Origin: Octopus vulgaris
Lineage: Eukaryota
Direction of reading: 5' to 3'
Length of the DNA: 64,000 nucleotides
Assembly (NCBI GenBank): GCA_951406725.2
Contig: OX597827.1
Span: 8,246,001 to 8,310,000, forward strand
Shown: piece after piece, positions 27,231 to 41,304 of the stretch
How the letters are laid out: every line of letters starts with the position of its first letter
Numbering within the stretch: position 1 is the stretch's first letter
Position numbers and translations under genes: made by a program
The notes under the pieces: generated by a model
What the model saw: only the letters and a program-made list of their open reading frames with translations
Database searches by the model: none
Told to the model about the DNA's origin: nothing

Positions 27231-29586
27231 GCATATGTGTATGTGTATGTGTGTGTCCATGTACATACATATATAAATGTAGACATTTATATAAATAAAT
27301 GTTCATATATATATGCATATACTCATATATACGTATATATGTGTGCGTGTATTATGTATATGTATCTATATGTATATATATAATATGTGTGTATATAAAT
27401 GTATATATATATGTATATATATATATATATATAAGTATATATATGTATATATATATATATGTGTGTGTATATATGTACATACAAACACACATGTACACAT
27501 GCACACACACATACACACATGCACACATATATGTTAAGTCATGTATATTGAATTCATAGTGTAATTACAAAATTAACAATCTAGCTAATTAAATAAAGGA
27601 TCTTTAAAGAAAAAGTATCTCATGTAAGCATATAATATCAAACCAATCATGTATAATGATGAACCTAAGAAAAACAATATTTCCTACAATGATGATGTTG
27701 ATGATAGTGTTGATGGTGGTTGTGGTGGTGGTGATGAGGAGGACAATGATGATGTTGATGATAAAGATGATGATTATGAGAGTGTGATGATGAAATTGGT
27801 GAAAACAATGGTTATGAATTCTAGTTTTGAAATTAATATAACAATTTTTTTATGTTTTGCTACTGTAAATTAACTTTCATGAAACAAAGAAATTATCATG
27901 TATCACTCTAGATATTCAATTACTTTGTAGTAAAACACTATAATATATACTGTGTTTAAATGTTTTTATAAAGACAATAAAATCATTAGTTTTCTTAGTG
28001 AACTTGACACAATGCATTAAATCACATTTGTACAGTAGCAACTGGCAAAGTTATTAGAGCATTGGATAAAGTCCCCTGTAGTATCTGTTCTACCTTTCTG
28101 TGCTCTAAGTACAAGTCCTGTTGAGGACAATGTTGCTTTTCAAGGTCAATGAAATTAAGTATCATTCCAGAGTTGGAGATTGGTAGGACTATTAATGCAT
28201 CAGTTGAAATATCTTGTGGCATGTTTTCTAGCTGTTTACGTTCTGAGTTCTTGAGTAACAGATTTCATCTGATGCCCAGCTAACATCACCACTTAATCTT
28301 TGGGTATCTGTTGTAAGCATTTGGTGTTAGTCTCCAGTTTGAGGACAAATTCAATCTTTTTCCTTTTCTGTTTTTGAAAGCCTTGAAAAACTAAAGAGAC
28401 ATTGGTATTGGCCTTGCCTCCATCATTAAATAGTATAAAAAAAAATAAATGTTCAATAAGCTTCCAGGCTATTTTATGTTAAAAAAAGGCCCAAGCAAAT
28501 GAAAATTTGTCCTGAACTTATAGTTTCATGAGGCTGCATTATCAATGCATTTAGTTCGAGACTTTCTCCTGCACAGGATGATAGTCCTTCATAAGGTAAA
28601 ACTCCAAGGTGCCGCTGATACTCATTTACAGATGGGTGTAGTAGAGCAGTATAAAACAATGTACTTCCTTCAAAGGTACAATGTGCTTTCCTGTTTGAAA
28701 ATTGAACCCACAAACTAGTAATCATAAACCCAACAGCCTAACCACAAGGCTGTGCTATTTCATGCAAGCAGGCTGCAAGAAGCATAGTGCAGTAATCAAA
28801 TATGATTTATGTTAATAATACTTTGAATGTAGCATTTCAGTACCAATGCTGTTTTGTTGTTGCAATGCATTAGCTGTTAAAATATATCTAAATAAAATAC
28901 TAGGTGAAATGATCTCATGGTTGCTTCCATGAGAATGTATTGTATTATTTCAGCTAACAAACTCATACACTCTAGAAAGATAAATTTTAACAAATAAAAC
29001 ATGGATTTTCAGTCTTTGTCTGTACCTAGCAAAAATCTGATTCCATAAAAGAATGCGACAAAATTTTGACACTAACTTGAAAATATAGAAGAAATATTTA
29101 GGTCCATTTAATAGAATCTTATTGAAAACAGCAATAGTAGAAGAAATAGGCATCTATTGAAAATATTGGTTCAGTATAAAAAAGCAGCATTTATGTTTAA
29201 CAGAAACCATTATTCTGCTTAAAACTTATTTCCTTTTAGTGATATCATGAAGCACATGTTTCTCCACTCCCTTTTTTATATATTAAAATCTTAAATATCA
29301 AAATATAGACAACATTAGTAATATGATATCCTCTCAGGAAATAACTACAATAACTGTATATTTCATTGAATTGCTAAACATTGGCAAGCTTTCATCTTTG
29401 TAAAATACACTCTTCTCTGGAAATGAAGTGTAGATGACACATGGCTTTCATAGGATTATGTACTGTTGTTAAGATAAAGAAATTTTCTAAAGAATTGAGA
29501 AAGATAACATGCTTAAAAGTTATCCCAAATAAACATTCTTTATAGTTGCAATTATTGCTCGAAAATTACAATAAAACGATGTAAAA

Positions 29587-29817
29587 ATTCTGTTGTGTCT
29601 GGGGAGAGTCATTTTCTTTTTGTGCCTTATTATTTAACACACTCACCGGTAAAATTTCCACTTTTTTTTTCTTATTTTTATTGTCCTAAAAAGGTTGCAA
29701 GACGCAACGAAAATTTTAGGACAATAAAAATAAGAAAAAAAAGTGGAAATTTTACCGGTGAGTGTGTTAAATAATAAGACACAAAAAGAAAATTACTCTC
29801 CCCAGGCACAACAGAAT
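29587..29817. repeat. Near-perfect ~105-bp-arm inverted repeat (foldback)
   Basis: 29587-29692 is the reverse complement of ~29713-29817 with few mismatches; the spacer holds the mini-hairpin GTTGC-AAGAC-GCAAC. Confidence 0.93.
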
Positions 29818-30396
29818 ATGCTTCAACACACGAACTCATATAAAGAATCTTGCAAACCAAATCCAAAAACGAAAGATGTAGGAATTGCTAAACCAAAGAT
29901 CAATCAAGCATCAAAGCAATGCAGTTTGAGACAGTCAAAACTTATACGAATTCAAAAAATAGTAAATGGGTAGAAAACTAGGAAGATAACCACAGTTATG
30001 GCGATGATGACAATATTAATGATAATGACAACAATCTTTATGTAATAGTAACAATATTGGCTAAAATTTTAAAATATTTCAACCTATCTGTCATAACGAA
30101 ATGTCTAGTTGTTGTAATATGCTTCAAATTCATCATCAGCATATTGTTAATTTAATTAAATTAATTTCCACACCACACCCATCCACCAGTCCAAATTTGT
30201 TAAGATGGAAGAAATCATGAGAAAAATGAAGAAGCCATGTAGATTAGGATTATGTTGATGCACAAAGTAAATAAGATTAGTTTCCTTGAAGGAATAATTA
30301 ATACCATACAGATAACACAACAAATATGGTTCCAGTTAGATTAGTTATCAAAGATTAATAGCAATAATGATGATGATGATAATAATAATAATAATC

Positions 30397-30471
<75 letters not shown>

Positions 30472-30680
30472 TTAATAATAATTACAGTAAAAATGATAAT
30501 AATAGCTTCAAATTTTGGCACAAGGTCAGCAATAGGTTGTAAGTCAAGTATATTGCCCCCAGTGTTCTGTTGGCCCTTATTTTATTGACCCTGAAAAAAT
30601 GAAAGACAAAGCAGAATTTGAACTCAGAATGTGAAGAAGAATGAAATGCCACTAAAGCATTTTTGCCAGCTCACTGCCTC

Positions 30681-30714
<34 letters not shown>

Positions 30715-30718
<4 letters not shown>

Positions 30719-31196
30719 AACTGAGACCTGCAAAATACTGTGTGATTTCCCAATCTAAACAGATCAGGGTCTTGAGAACAACAAGCTGGACTTAGTGGTT
30801 AGTGGACAAGGTGAAACCATATGTGCTCTATAATTCATGTTCAAGGAAAGCAAGAAAATAGACATATACAATCGTCTTGAATGTGAGATAGTTTGATTAG
30901 GAAAACTGAGAAAAGTGAAAATAGTCCCATTTATTGTTGGGTCCTTGGGGGTGGGCAGTATCAGAAGGCATGAAATGGAATATAAAGGAAAGCAGAATAG
31001 AAGGCCCCAAACTCTTTGAAACAGCTGTAGAGCTGTTGGAAAACGTTTGCCTCCTTGACATAGCCAGAATCATCAGGAACGTATTAGACAGTGGAAAAAA
31101 CAGATAGTGTGGTACCATAGGCTTTAGGTAGCAAGCCTGCTACTCATGCAAGACTTCAGAAGTTCCAACACAACTTAAGTTAAAAGGAAAGTTATA

Positions 31197-31232
<36 letters not shown>
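30715..31232 (+). mobile_element. R4/Dong-type (restriction-like endonuclease) non-LTR retrotransposon 3' relic
   Basis: KILCDFPI*TDQGLENNKLDLVV, KVKIVPFIVGSLG, VELLENVCLLDIARIIRNVLD; begins in (TAA)n and ends in (TGA)n. Confidence 0.75.
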
Positions 31233-31233
<1 letters not shown>

Positions 31234-31726
31234 CAACAACATTAGTAACAGTAATTGTCTCTAACCTAAGTAAAAGCCTGAAGTGGGGGGGAGTAATTAA
31301 TTATATCCACACAAATACTTTATTTTATCAACCCTGAAATGATGAAAAGCCAAATTGACCTTCGTGGAATTTGAACCCAGATTGTAAAGTGCCAGAAGAC
31401 ATACCACAAGGCATTTTTGTTTCCCATACTAACAGTTCAACCAATCCACTAAAATAATAAAATATCTCTAACGTAAACAAAAGACCTGAAATTTAGGGGT
31501 TGGGTTGGTTACTATTAACAACAGTGCTTGATGGTTACTTTATTTCTTTGAACACAGAAGGATAAAAAGCAAAGTTGATCTTGACAAGATTTGAACTCAT
31601 AAATGTAAAGAACCAAAATACCTACTGCCAAGTCTTTTTCCTAATATTTCAACAATATTGCCAGTCCACCAGCCTTACTGACACAAGGGTAGAAATTTGT
31701 GAGGAGGTGGCTTGTTGATTAAGTTA

Positions 31727-32140
31727 GCATGGAGTGGCTGTGTGGTAGGTAGCTTGCTAACCAACCACATGGTTCCGGGTTCAGTCCCACTGCGTGGCAC
31801 CTTGGGCAAGTGTCTTCTACTATAGCCTTGGGCCGACCAAGGCCTTGTGAGTGGATTTGGTAGACGGAAACTGAAAGAAGCCCGTCGTATATATGTATAT
31901 ATATATATGCGTGTGTGTGTTTGTGTCTGTGTTTGTCCTCCTAGCATTGCTTGACAACCGATGCTGGTGTGTTTATGTCCCCGTCACTTAGCAGTTCGGC
32001 AAAAGAGACCGATAGAATAAGAACTGGGCTTACAAAAGAATAAGTCCCGGGGTCGATTTGCTCGATTAAAGGCGGTGCTCCAGCACGGCTGCAGTCAAAT
32101 GACTGAAACAAGTAAAAGAAAAGAAAAAGAAAAAAAAGAA
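31727..32140 (+). mobile_element. SINE family A
   Basis: Matches 5680-6095. Confidence 0.92.
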
Positions 32141-32439
32141 TGAATATTAGACTGCTACTTTATATTATCAACCACAGTGTGATGTAAGGCAAATTTGACC
32201 TCTACAGAATTTGAACTTAGAATGTGAAATACTGGAAGACATACACATGCCTATTTATCCAATGCTCTAGGGGCTTTGTCAATAAATCGCATACTACAAA
32301 ATAAGTTTAAAACTCGGTGAATATACATTCCTAGAAGGAAGAGTGGTAGGGGACTATTGAACATCAGGGTGCAATATAAAAAAGGGAGTTATTGATGTTG
32401 TTATCCACTAGCTTTCCAACTCACAAAACAGCCTTCTAA

Positions 32440-33620
32440 CAGCCTTCTAAGTACCCTTGTTGAGAAGGATAAAAAAATATGGTAGCAAATTGATTATATC
32501 TATGGCAACAAAATTCTCACAAGAAATTGGTTCAAACTTTGAACAGCCAAAGCCTGAACCTAAAGCAGCAGCAAAAACAAATATATTGATGGCATAGAGT
32601 GAGCAACTATAAAGGCATGCCTGCATATGGCCAATATTTTCATGAACTGGATGCTCCATGTATCAATAAAAAAAAACTATCACAAGCTTGGATATGCAGA
32701 TCAAGCTTGAATGGGACAGAAAAGGCAACAACATTTACAATACAGGAGAAAACCCATCACCACTAGATATATTAAAAGGAATGGTCATTATTTCTTAAAA
32801 ATACAGATGATAAATGTTACTAGTGTTGGGCATTTCTTCAGATAATACGCACTTTATCAGGACATCTGGTTCTAGTTCTGACTAAATATAATTGGAGACA
32901 CAATACCTATTTCTTTATTACCCACAAGGGGCTAAACACAGAGAGGATAAACAAAGACAGACAAACGGATTAAGTCGATAATATCGAGCCCAGTGTGTAA
33001 CTGGTACTTATTTAATCGACCCCGAAAGGATGAAAGGCAAAGTTGACCTCGGCGGAATTTGAACCCAGAACGTAACGTCAGACGAAATACGGCTACGCAT
33101 TTCGCCCGGCGTGCTAACGTTTCTGCCAGCTCGCCGCCTGGAGACACAATACCATGGCAAATCTGCTCCACAAAAACCTAGCCAGAAAATTTCAACTGCT
33201 TCAAGAAGAAAAAATTCTCAGGCATTTATATGAACCACCCCCTTATCTTAGAAACTAATATACTATGGGACTTTAATATACAGATAAATCATCATGTAAC
33301 ACCAAATATACCAAACATCATTCTTCGTATCCTAAATAATGATAGTATATTCATTATCTGCATCGTTATACCAGATGATCATAATGTTGTGTAGAAATGA
33401 ATGGAAACTACAAGCTATACACCAATTTAGAGTTGAATTAAAAACTTTATTGCAGAAGTGATGTGTATCAAACATTTCATTTGAAATTGTTTCAACTGCA
33501 GTGGTACACACAATCATTTCTGTAAAGACATAAAAATAAAATTATCTATAAGTATTGATGCAGGAATGTTCCAGAAACTAGTCATTTGAAAATCAATGAA
33601 TATTCTTAGGACACTCTCAT
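32440..33620 (+). mobile_element. Second R4/Dong-type relic, interrupted by a SINE
   Basis: TDDKCY*C (zinc-knuckle remnant), RHNTMANLLHKNLARK, NILWDFNIQINHHVTPNIPNIIL; boundaries approximate. Confidence 0.68.
32906..33138 (-). mobile_element. SINE family B with a perfect 15-bp TSD
   Basis: TGGAGACACAATACC at 32893-32907 and 33139-33153; central GGTCAACTTTGCCTTTCATCCTTTCGGGGTCGAT...AAGTACCAG resembles the MetaSINE/MESC central domain (from recall). Confidence 0.93.
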
Positions 33621-35550
33621 TCAGCATGTGGTAACACTGGCTTCTTTTATTTACACCTGAACATTTTCTTTAATCTTCAATGCTTTAGTTGACCTTGAGC
33701 AATTTCATTAACTCTTAACATCTTCTTTAAACTTGGATACATCTATGTGTATTCTTCAAGAAATACATGTTTCTTGTTGTTCTGATATATTTTCAAATCA
33801 TGAAAATAATAAAAGATATTTCTAATTTAGGTACAAGCTAAGCAATTTTTGAAGGGAAGGTTTAATGGAAACCATCTAGCCCAGTATGTGACTGGTACTT
33901 GCTTTCCTTGATCAGCAGAGAGGTGAGAGGCAAAGTTAGCCCTGGTAGAATTTGAACTCTGAAGTCAAAGAACCAGAACAAATGTCACAAGTCATTTTGT
34001 CTGATGTGCTGCTAACCCACCTACACAATAATGATAAAAGCAAAAAAAAAATTGATAAAAAATTGACCCCACTATCTGACTGATATTGTATTTTATCAAC
34101 CCCAAAAAAGATGAAAGACAAATGTCTTTGTCTGGATTTGAACTCACAATATAAAGAGCTAGAAGAAACACTGCAAGGTAGTGATTCATTGCTCGAAAAT
34201 TTCTGTGCAATATATAAACAGGAGCAATAGCTATCATGATGTAGATACTAACCATAATGCAAAAACCATACAAGGGTTGATAACATCACAGCGACCAAAA
34301 ATTTATTGTGATAGCCACAACCCACTTCCTTATCAAGACACTTTCATTTCAATACCATAATTCACACAGTATGCACTTTGCACGACTCATATATGTAATC
34401 TATATAATCCTCACCCAATAAAACAACAAAGCTACTTATGTAATATGCGCTACTCAATCTAGAGTTCTTGATATATATATATGTATGTATGTATTTATGT
34501 ATGTATATATGTATGTATATGCACCCACACACACAGACATCCATATACATACATAAAAATGCATACATACGAAACAAACTATAAATGACCAAACATTAAA
34601 CGTAGTTCGAGATGAATTGACAATGATATTAACACAGAAAGAAAACATCATTAAAACAATATTATAAAGTTAACAATGTCCAATTATAGAGTGATATTAA
34701 ACAGTATTACAAAGTAGTCAAATAATATGGAACAGAGAAAATAGTTAGCAATATTAGAAGGTGGTTGAATACTATCCAACAGTATTAAGAAGAAGCTGAA
34801 AAGCAAGCATAAAGGTTTTATTCTCTATTCCCAATTGAGAAAACGAGAAAACATCTGCATTAATGATAGTAATAAAACTATACAACAGCAGAGACAACAA
34901 TGATAATGATAGAATAATTGGTGCATATCTTTCTGCCGATATCAAGAATTTAGCTTCAATATTGCCAGCTTGAGGTAAGATTAGAGAATTAAATTACTTT
35001 TTATTGACTATTATTGACTGTAAAGATTAGACTAAATGGTCGGTGTTGTAGGTAAAGTGCTTGCCGGCTTGCTACAGGAAGCTGTGTGTTCTACGGGAGG
35101 AGTGTTACTGTACAATCCCTAAGGACCTCTTTATGTGTGACTGCACTACATTTCCAATAGAAATAATTGGCACCATTAAGAAAATCCTGCTTATGAAGAA
35201 GAAAAAGACTAACTTTATTTCTCAAGAGCCTGGGGAGATAGATATATATAGATAAAAACATACAGAGACACAGACATACCACACACAGAAAGACACATAT
35301 ATATATATGTGATAGAAAGAGAGAAAGAGAGAGAGAACAGTGAAAGAAAGTAAGCTATAGATCACTAAATAGATGTATAGCGTGATAGAGAGACAGATAG
35401 ATTGTCATTTTCGCTGATAAATAAAGAACCAAAGAATGTTAGCTATTGTACAATTATATAATTATGTATACAAAGAGAAAACGTCGAGGATAGATAAAAT
35501 TATATACATACATATATACATACACACATACATATACAGATATGTATGTA

Positions 35551-35591
<41 letters not shown>

Positions 35592-35808
35592 GTAGACACA
35601 CATATGTATATTGGTATGTATGTAATGGAGTAGAAGAAATTATCAGAAAAAGTAGGTGAGGGAAAAAGATGTATGTATATATTCGAGAGAATAGCAAATT
35701 GTTTGAGACTAAGAATGAAAAACTAGAAAGCATTGAATGAAAGAAAAAGAGAGTTAGAGGGGAGAAAAAGATAGATATATGGATAGATATAGTGACAGAC
35801 AGAGAGAT

Positions 35809-35846
<38 letters not shown>

Positions 35847-38800
35847 AGAAAGACTATGAGAAATTTATGGTGGAAAGCAAAAGTGTGAAATGGAGACAGA
35901 GAATGAGGGACAAAATGAAATTTACTAAGAGAATAAAAATAAGAAAGACACATGGTAAACGAAAAGAGAGAGAAAAATTTGTAGGGATGGATAGATATAT
36001 AGATACATAGATATACAGTCAGATACAGTGAAGTAGTGTAAATATATAAGAAAGAAGAGGATAAGCATAACAGTAGAGAAGTGCAGAACAGAAAACAAGA
36101 ACCATGAATATACATATAGAAAGTAATGGTTATTGCCATCTAATAGAGTGAACGAACTGCAACCATTATCATATATTATCCTACAATAGTCATGAAACTA
36201 AATGTATTAAATAATGTTGCATATTAAAAAGATATGACACAGCAGCATAACACACAATAAATTTGTAAAGGTTGAATTCACTTTAAATAGACAGTTTATG
36301 CCAAGACTTCTATAACGGCTGAAGTTCAGACTATTAATGCAACAGAATAAAAGCAAGGACTATATTGCAGCATTCAGTGTCTTAGTTATAACCTAAACAC
36401 AGATGAATCAGTCAACAATACTGGCTATTATTAAATGTCATCATTACTTCCTTGTCCATTAAGTAAAGTCTGATAGAACTAAAGATTTAAAGAAACGGTA
36501 AGAGCTAAGAAGTGAATGAAATATTATTGCCTCCACAACAAGTCAGACATCTAAAAGAGCAAAACTAACGTGCTTAGCTGCAATGATGATACAGAAAAAT
36601 CTAAATTGAATATAATATCAGTGGGTAGTTGCAACTTAATTTCCTAGTATTCTTCATTATATAAAAAAAGCCCCAAACTTCTGAAAAATTTTAGGAATCT
36701 TTAAAAAAATCTTAAAGCACACGGAGGCATTTTTCTTTTAACTTTTTTTTTTTTTTTGGTCTACTGATAAGAATCATATTCATGGATTCTGTAAGGTCTC
36801 CTCCAGGGCAGGTGAGATTATTACAGTTAAAGTTCCTCTTAAACACCTGCAGTCAACAGTCAACAGCTGTAGAGAGGCAAAAATCCCAATGGTTAACTTT
36901 CTGGGGAAGAAAGGCTGAATTACTGCAAAGTGTAGGTCTTGAGAAGGGTCAGAACTACAACACAGTAATGAGAGGTGAAAAGAAGAGTGTGGGCCTTAGT
37001 AGAGGTGGCTTGAGCCCAACTATCTCTGAGAAGCAGTTGCCTCAGTACAGGAGGTGGTGGTGGTGGTGGTGGTGATGGTGATGGTGGCAGTGGTGGTCTT
37101 GGCAGTAGTAGTAGTAGTAGTAGTAGTAGCAGCAGCAGCAGCAGCAATGGACCACAGTCTGGAGTGTATTTTCATTCATGTCTAAGTCAAGGTCGTATCT
37201 TTCAATTTATCATAAAGTTTGTTTGGTAAATTGCATGAATTTAAATTGTAAAACGGATGGCAAACTGGCAGAGTTGCTAGAGTCTGGAACAAAATATTTT
37301 GAAGTATTTGTCCCAATTCTCTGCACTCTGAGTTCAAATACCAGCATGGTAAACTTTGTCTTTCATTCTTTTGAAGTACATAATATAAAGTGAAGAATTC
37401 TCAAGTGAGGAATTAATAGAATTGCTTGTGTATCAGAAGTGCCAACATGCAATATTTCTTCTAGCTTCTCACATTCTGAATTCTTGGGTGGTAGACCATA
37501 ATTTATCACCTGGCTTAATATCACCATCTAGGTTTCAGGTAATTCTATTAGAGTTCACTGTGCTGCAAGCATTTGGGCCATAATCTTACACCTTTTACTT
37601 GTTTCACTCATTGAACTAAGACCATGCTGGAGTACCACCTCAAAGGGCTTTAGTTGAATAAATCTGTTCCAGTACCTGCTTTTTCTTTTTCTAGTCTCAT
37701 ATTTATCCTATTGGTCTGCTTTACCAAACTACTAAGTTATGGGGATATAAACAAACCAACACCTGTTGTCCAGTGGTGATGGTGGTGGTGGTGGTGGTAG
37801 TGATGATTGTGTAACAAGCACAAGTATAAATTCACATGTAGACACACATATATACATCTTTTTGTTCAAAATAGAGATGAACATCATTCCTCCATGTGAC
37901 TGACTTGAAAAACTGTTAAGATATTAAGACATTCTTCTTAACATGAAACCAATGGTAGCCTTAATACACAAATAAATTTTATCCACAAATGTGCTGTTGA
38001 GCACTCATTCTCATTGTTTGACATTTATGTATATATGTATATGCTGGGCTTCAACATAATTTCCATCTGTCAAATTCACTCACAAGACATTGGTTAGTCT
38101 AGTACTTTGCCCAAGACACTTGTCCAAGATGCTGTTCAGTGGGACTGAAACGAAAACTATGTGGCTGCAATGTGAGCCTCTTAACCACACAGCCATAGCT
38201 GCACCACGCTTCTGGTTTGAGGATAACTTCTTCCTTTCCTTCTACCCTGTTTTAAAATCCCTGGAAACAAGGTCACAGGGGTTGCCTTTCCCTCTCTGAC
38301 TTTGAGGTGAAAAAAGAATAAGTTGAATAACTCATCTTTCAAAATGATAAAACAGGTGCACATAATCACAAAATATTATTCCTAGACAAAGAAGAATAGA
38401 CAAATTATTAAAAAGAATAGATTATGGTCCAAGTATTCTAACTTATTCATAAGAAAAATAAACTCAAGTTGAATTCATTAATTCAATATCCCTTTAACCA
38501 CAAGTGAATTCTTTAACAATGAAAATTACTGAAGAAATGTTTGAAATAAATTCCTGCTACCAACAACTTTGGAAAATGTAATTCATAAAACCATGTGCTT
38601 ATTGCACTTGGTAACTTCTCTGATTCCCATCTCTTGACTAAAGTAAATATAATTTGAAATTAAAAAACATGTAATTCTTCTTGAAAAAAAAAAAAATAAG
38701 TAGTTCTTTCTTTGCCATCTTAGGATTCTTTTTCGGAATTAAAATTGGCAACTTTTGTTTTGCCTGCAAAAGAAGAGCTCATGAGATTTTTCTTGAATGC

Positions 38801-39059
38801 CAATATCTAAAAACAAATATTCCTTGGGTAATGCAGAGAGAAGGTTTAATGAATTAAGTTATTGTCATAAGTTGGATGAGAAATTAATGAGGACTGCAAC
38901 GAGACTAAGAAGAACAATTTGTCAAATATTTTAATTTAAAATGACAACATTTTAGAAATGTCTAATAAAAAATTATTTGTATCAACTTTTTAGGCAAATT
39001 TATGATTGAGATGTGTATTTCTGTATTTGTATATATGTATTCATACAAGCATATATAAA

Positions 39060-39265
39060 TCATCATCATCATCATTGTTCGACCGTGGTCGAGACAATGG
39101 AATTTACCATGCTATGCCAGACTTCACGGTCCATCATGGCATTACGGAGGTCCTGTTGCTGGATGCCTGTATCCCTGGAGATTACATCAGGGTAGGAGAG
39201 TGTGCGCCCTCTGGTGTTGAGAGTAGATGGCTTCCAGAGGAGAAGAGTAGAAATTACTTCTCTTT
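39060..39265 (-). mobile_element. 5'-truncated RTE-like LINE 3' end
   Basis: EVISTLLLWKPSTLNTRGRTLSYPDVISRDTGIQQQDLRNAMMDREVWHSMV...* followed directly by a (TGA)n tail. Confidence 0.72.
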
Positions 39266-39273
39266 CATATATA

Positions 39274-39688
39274 GGCGCAGGAGTGGCTGTGTGGTAAGTA
39301 GCTTGCTAACCAACCACATGGTTCTGGGTTCAGTCCCACTGCATGGCACCTTGGGCAAGTGTCTTCTGCTATAGCCCCGGGCCGACCAATACCTTGTGAG
39401 TGGATTTGGTAGACGGAAACTGAAAGAAGCCTGTCGTATATATGTATATATATATATATAAGTGTGTGTGTATATGTTTGTGTGTCTGTGTTTGTCCCCC
39501 TAGCATTGCTTGACAACCGATGTTGGTGTGTTTACGTCCCCGTCACTTAGCGGTTCAGCAAAAGAGACCGATAGAATAAGTACTGGGCTTACAAAAGAAT
39601 AAGTCCCGGGGTCGAGTTTCTCGACTAAAGGCGGTGCTCCAGCATGGCCGCAGTCAAATGACTGAAACAAGTAAAAGCGTAAAAGCGT
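39274..39688 (+). mobile_element. SINE family A, full length
   Basis: Matches 5680-6095. Confidence 0.93.
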
Positions 39689-40897
39689 ATATATAGACTA
39701 GAATTTGTTGTATTAGAACCAGCTCTTCAACATTCAAAATTACAAGTGGCTCTAAGTATATCTGTAGAAATTTCAGATATTTGATGAGAATATTTTTTGC
39801 TGCTTTTGATTTTCAGTATTAAATTTTGGAGTAGCTCTAGTAAAAATCTCTGATATGCATGAAGCAAGCATGATATAAAAAGAACATATTGCCTCATTTC
39901 TCATAAACCAGCAAGTTCTAACTGAGAATATCAATGGTATTTAATAGAACTGATCTGATGAAGTTCAAAAGGCTATTTCTTCAATTATATCTGCTAGTTG
40001 ATTAGTTTCTCTATACTATACACAACTGTAAATCCTAATATAAAGGAAAGAAATATGAGAATATGAAGCCTTACAGCTGTTGATTGGAAGCTGAAACTCT
40101 TAAACTATAATCAATTTAAAACAAATGTTTATTAATCGCGAAAAGCTTAAACTAAAATAAGCCCATAAGGAAAATAATCACTCTTGATTTATACAGCAGA
40201 TATTTGTGTCTAATTGCAGCAACATACTATTATAAGATGAAAAAAGAAAAATACAGAATCATAGCCTGTGTTGGCTAAAATATGACAAAAATGCTGTGGT
40301 TACAAAGAAAACAAATATGAATGACAACTTGCAGTGCAAAAGATTAGCTCTTCAGCAAAGGCAAGGGAAATGAAGGAGACAATGCAATCAGGAAAAAGGA
40401 GAATCAATATTGGATTCTGGTTTCTCAGAGCTATGGAGACTTTTCTTAGATAAAATTCACAGAAAAAATACAATAGCTAAGTTATAAATATTGCCATATT
40501 TTTCATGAAAATGAGGACAGATCAATGATGCTAATTCTGTTGATAATGAAAATGGTATTGAAAATCTTTAAGATGAGTCTATATCCAATTTATTATTAGC
40601 CAAAAATTAATAGATGTTTATCTTCTTTATCTAATCTATCATCCATTCATATTCTTTTAAAAATCTTTAATTCTAGAAACAGAATAAATGAATAAGGCTA
40701 TAATTAGAGCTCTGGTTTGGCTTATCTTTTCATTGATATATATTTAGAACTTCTAGATATGACATTTCTTTTTCCAGTTTAGAAATGTTTTGGATGTATT
40801 TTTTTAATGAGGAATGCATAAGAACCGGTGCCAGACTTAAGCATAAGGTAAGCAGGCTACCTCTTAAAACCTCACAATTTGTTAGAGACTTAAAATA

Positions 40898-41304
40898 GGC
40901 GCAGGAGTGACTGTGTGGTAAGTAGCTTGCTAACCAACCACATGGTTCCGGGTTCAGTCCCACTGCGTGGCATCTTGGGCAAGTGTCTTCTGCTATAGCC
41001 TTGGGCCGACCAATGCCTTGTGAGTGGATTTGGTAGACAGAAACTGAAAGAAGCCTGTCGTATATATGTATATGTATATAAGTGTGTGTGTGTGTTTGTG
41101 CATCTGTGTTTGTCCCTCTAGCATTGCTTGACAACCAATGCTGGTGTGTTTACATTCCCGTCACTTAGCGGTTCGGCAAAAGAGACCAACAAAATAAGTA
41201 TTGGGCTTACAAAGAATAAGTCCCGGGTTCGAGTTGCTCGACTAAAGGCGGTGCTCCAGCACGGCCACAGTCAAATGACTGAAACAAGTAAAAGAGTAAA
41301 AGAG
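40898..41304 (+). mobile_element. SINE family A, full length
   Basis: Matches 5680-6095. Confidence 0.93.

Noticed and set aside
36782-37075. Non-repetitive 97-aa ORF
   Set aside because: No recognisable motif, runs into (GGT)n, no supporting exon structure
39700-40560. Possible hAT transposase remnant (TTCSA near 40325)
   Set aside because: Only a few residues match and no TIRs or TSD could be identified
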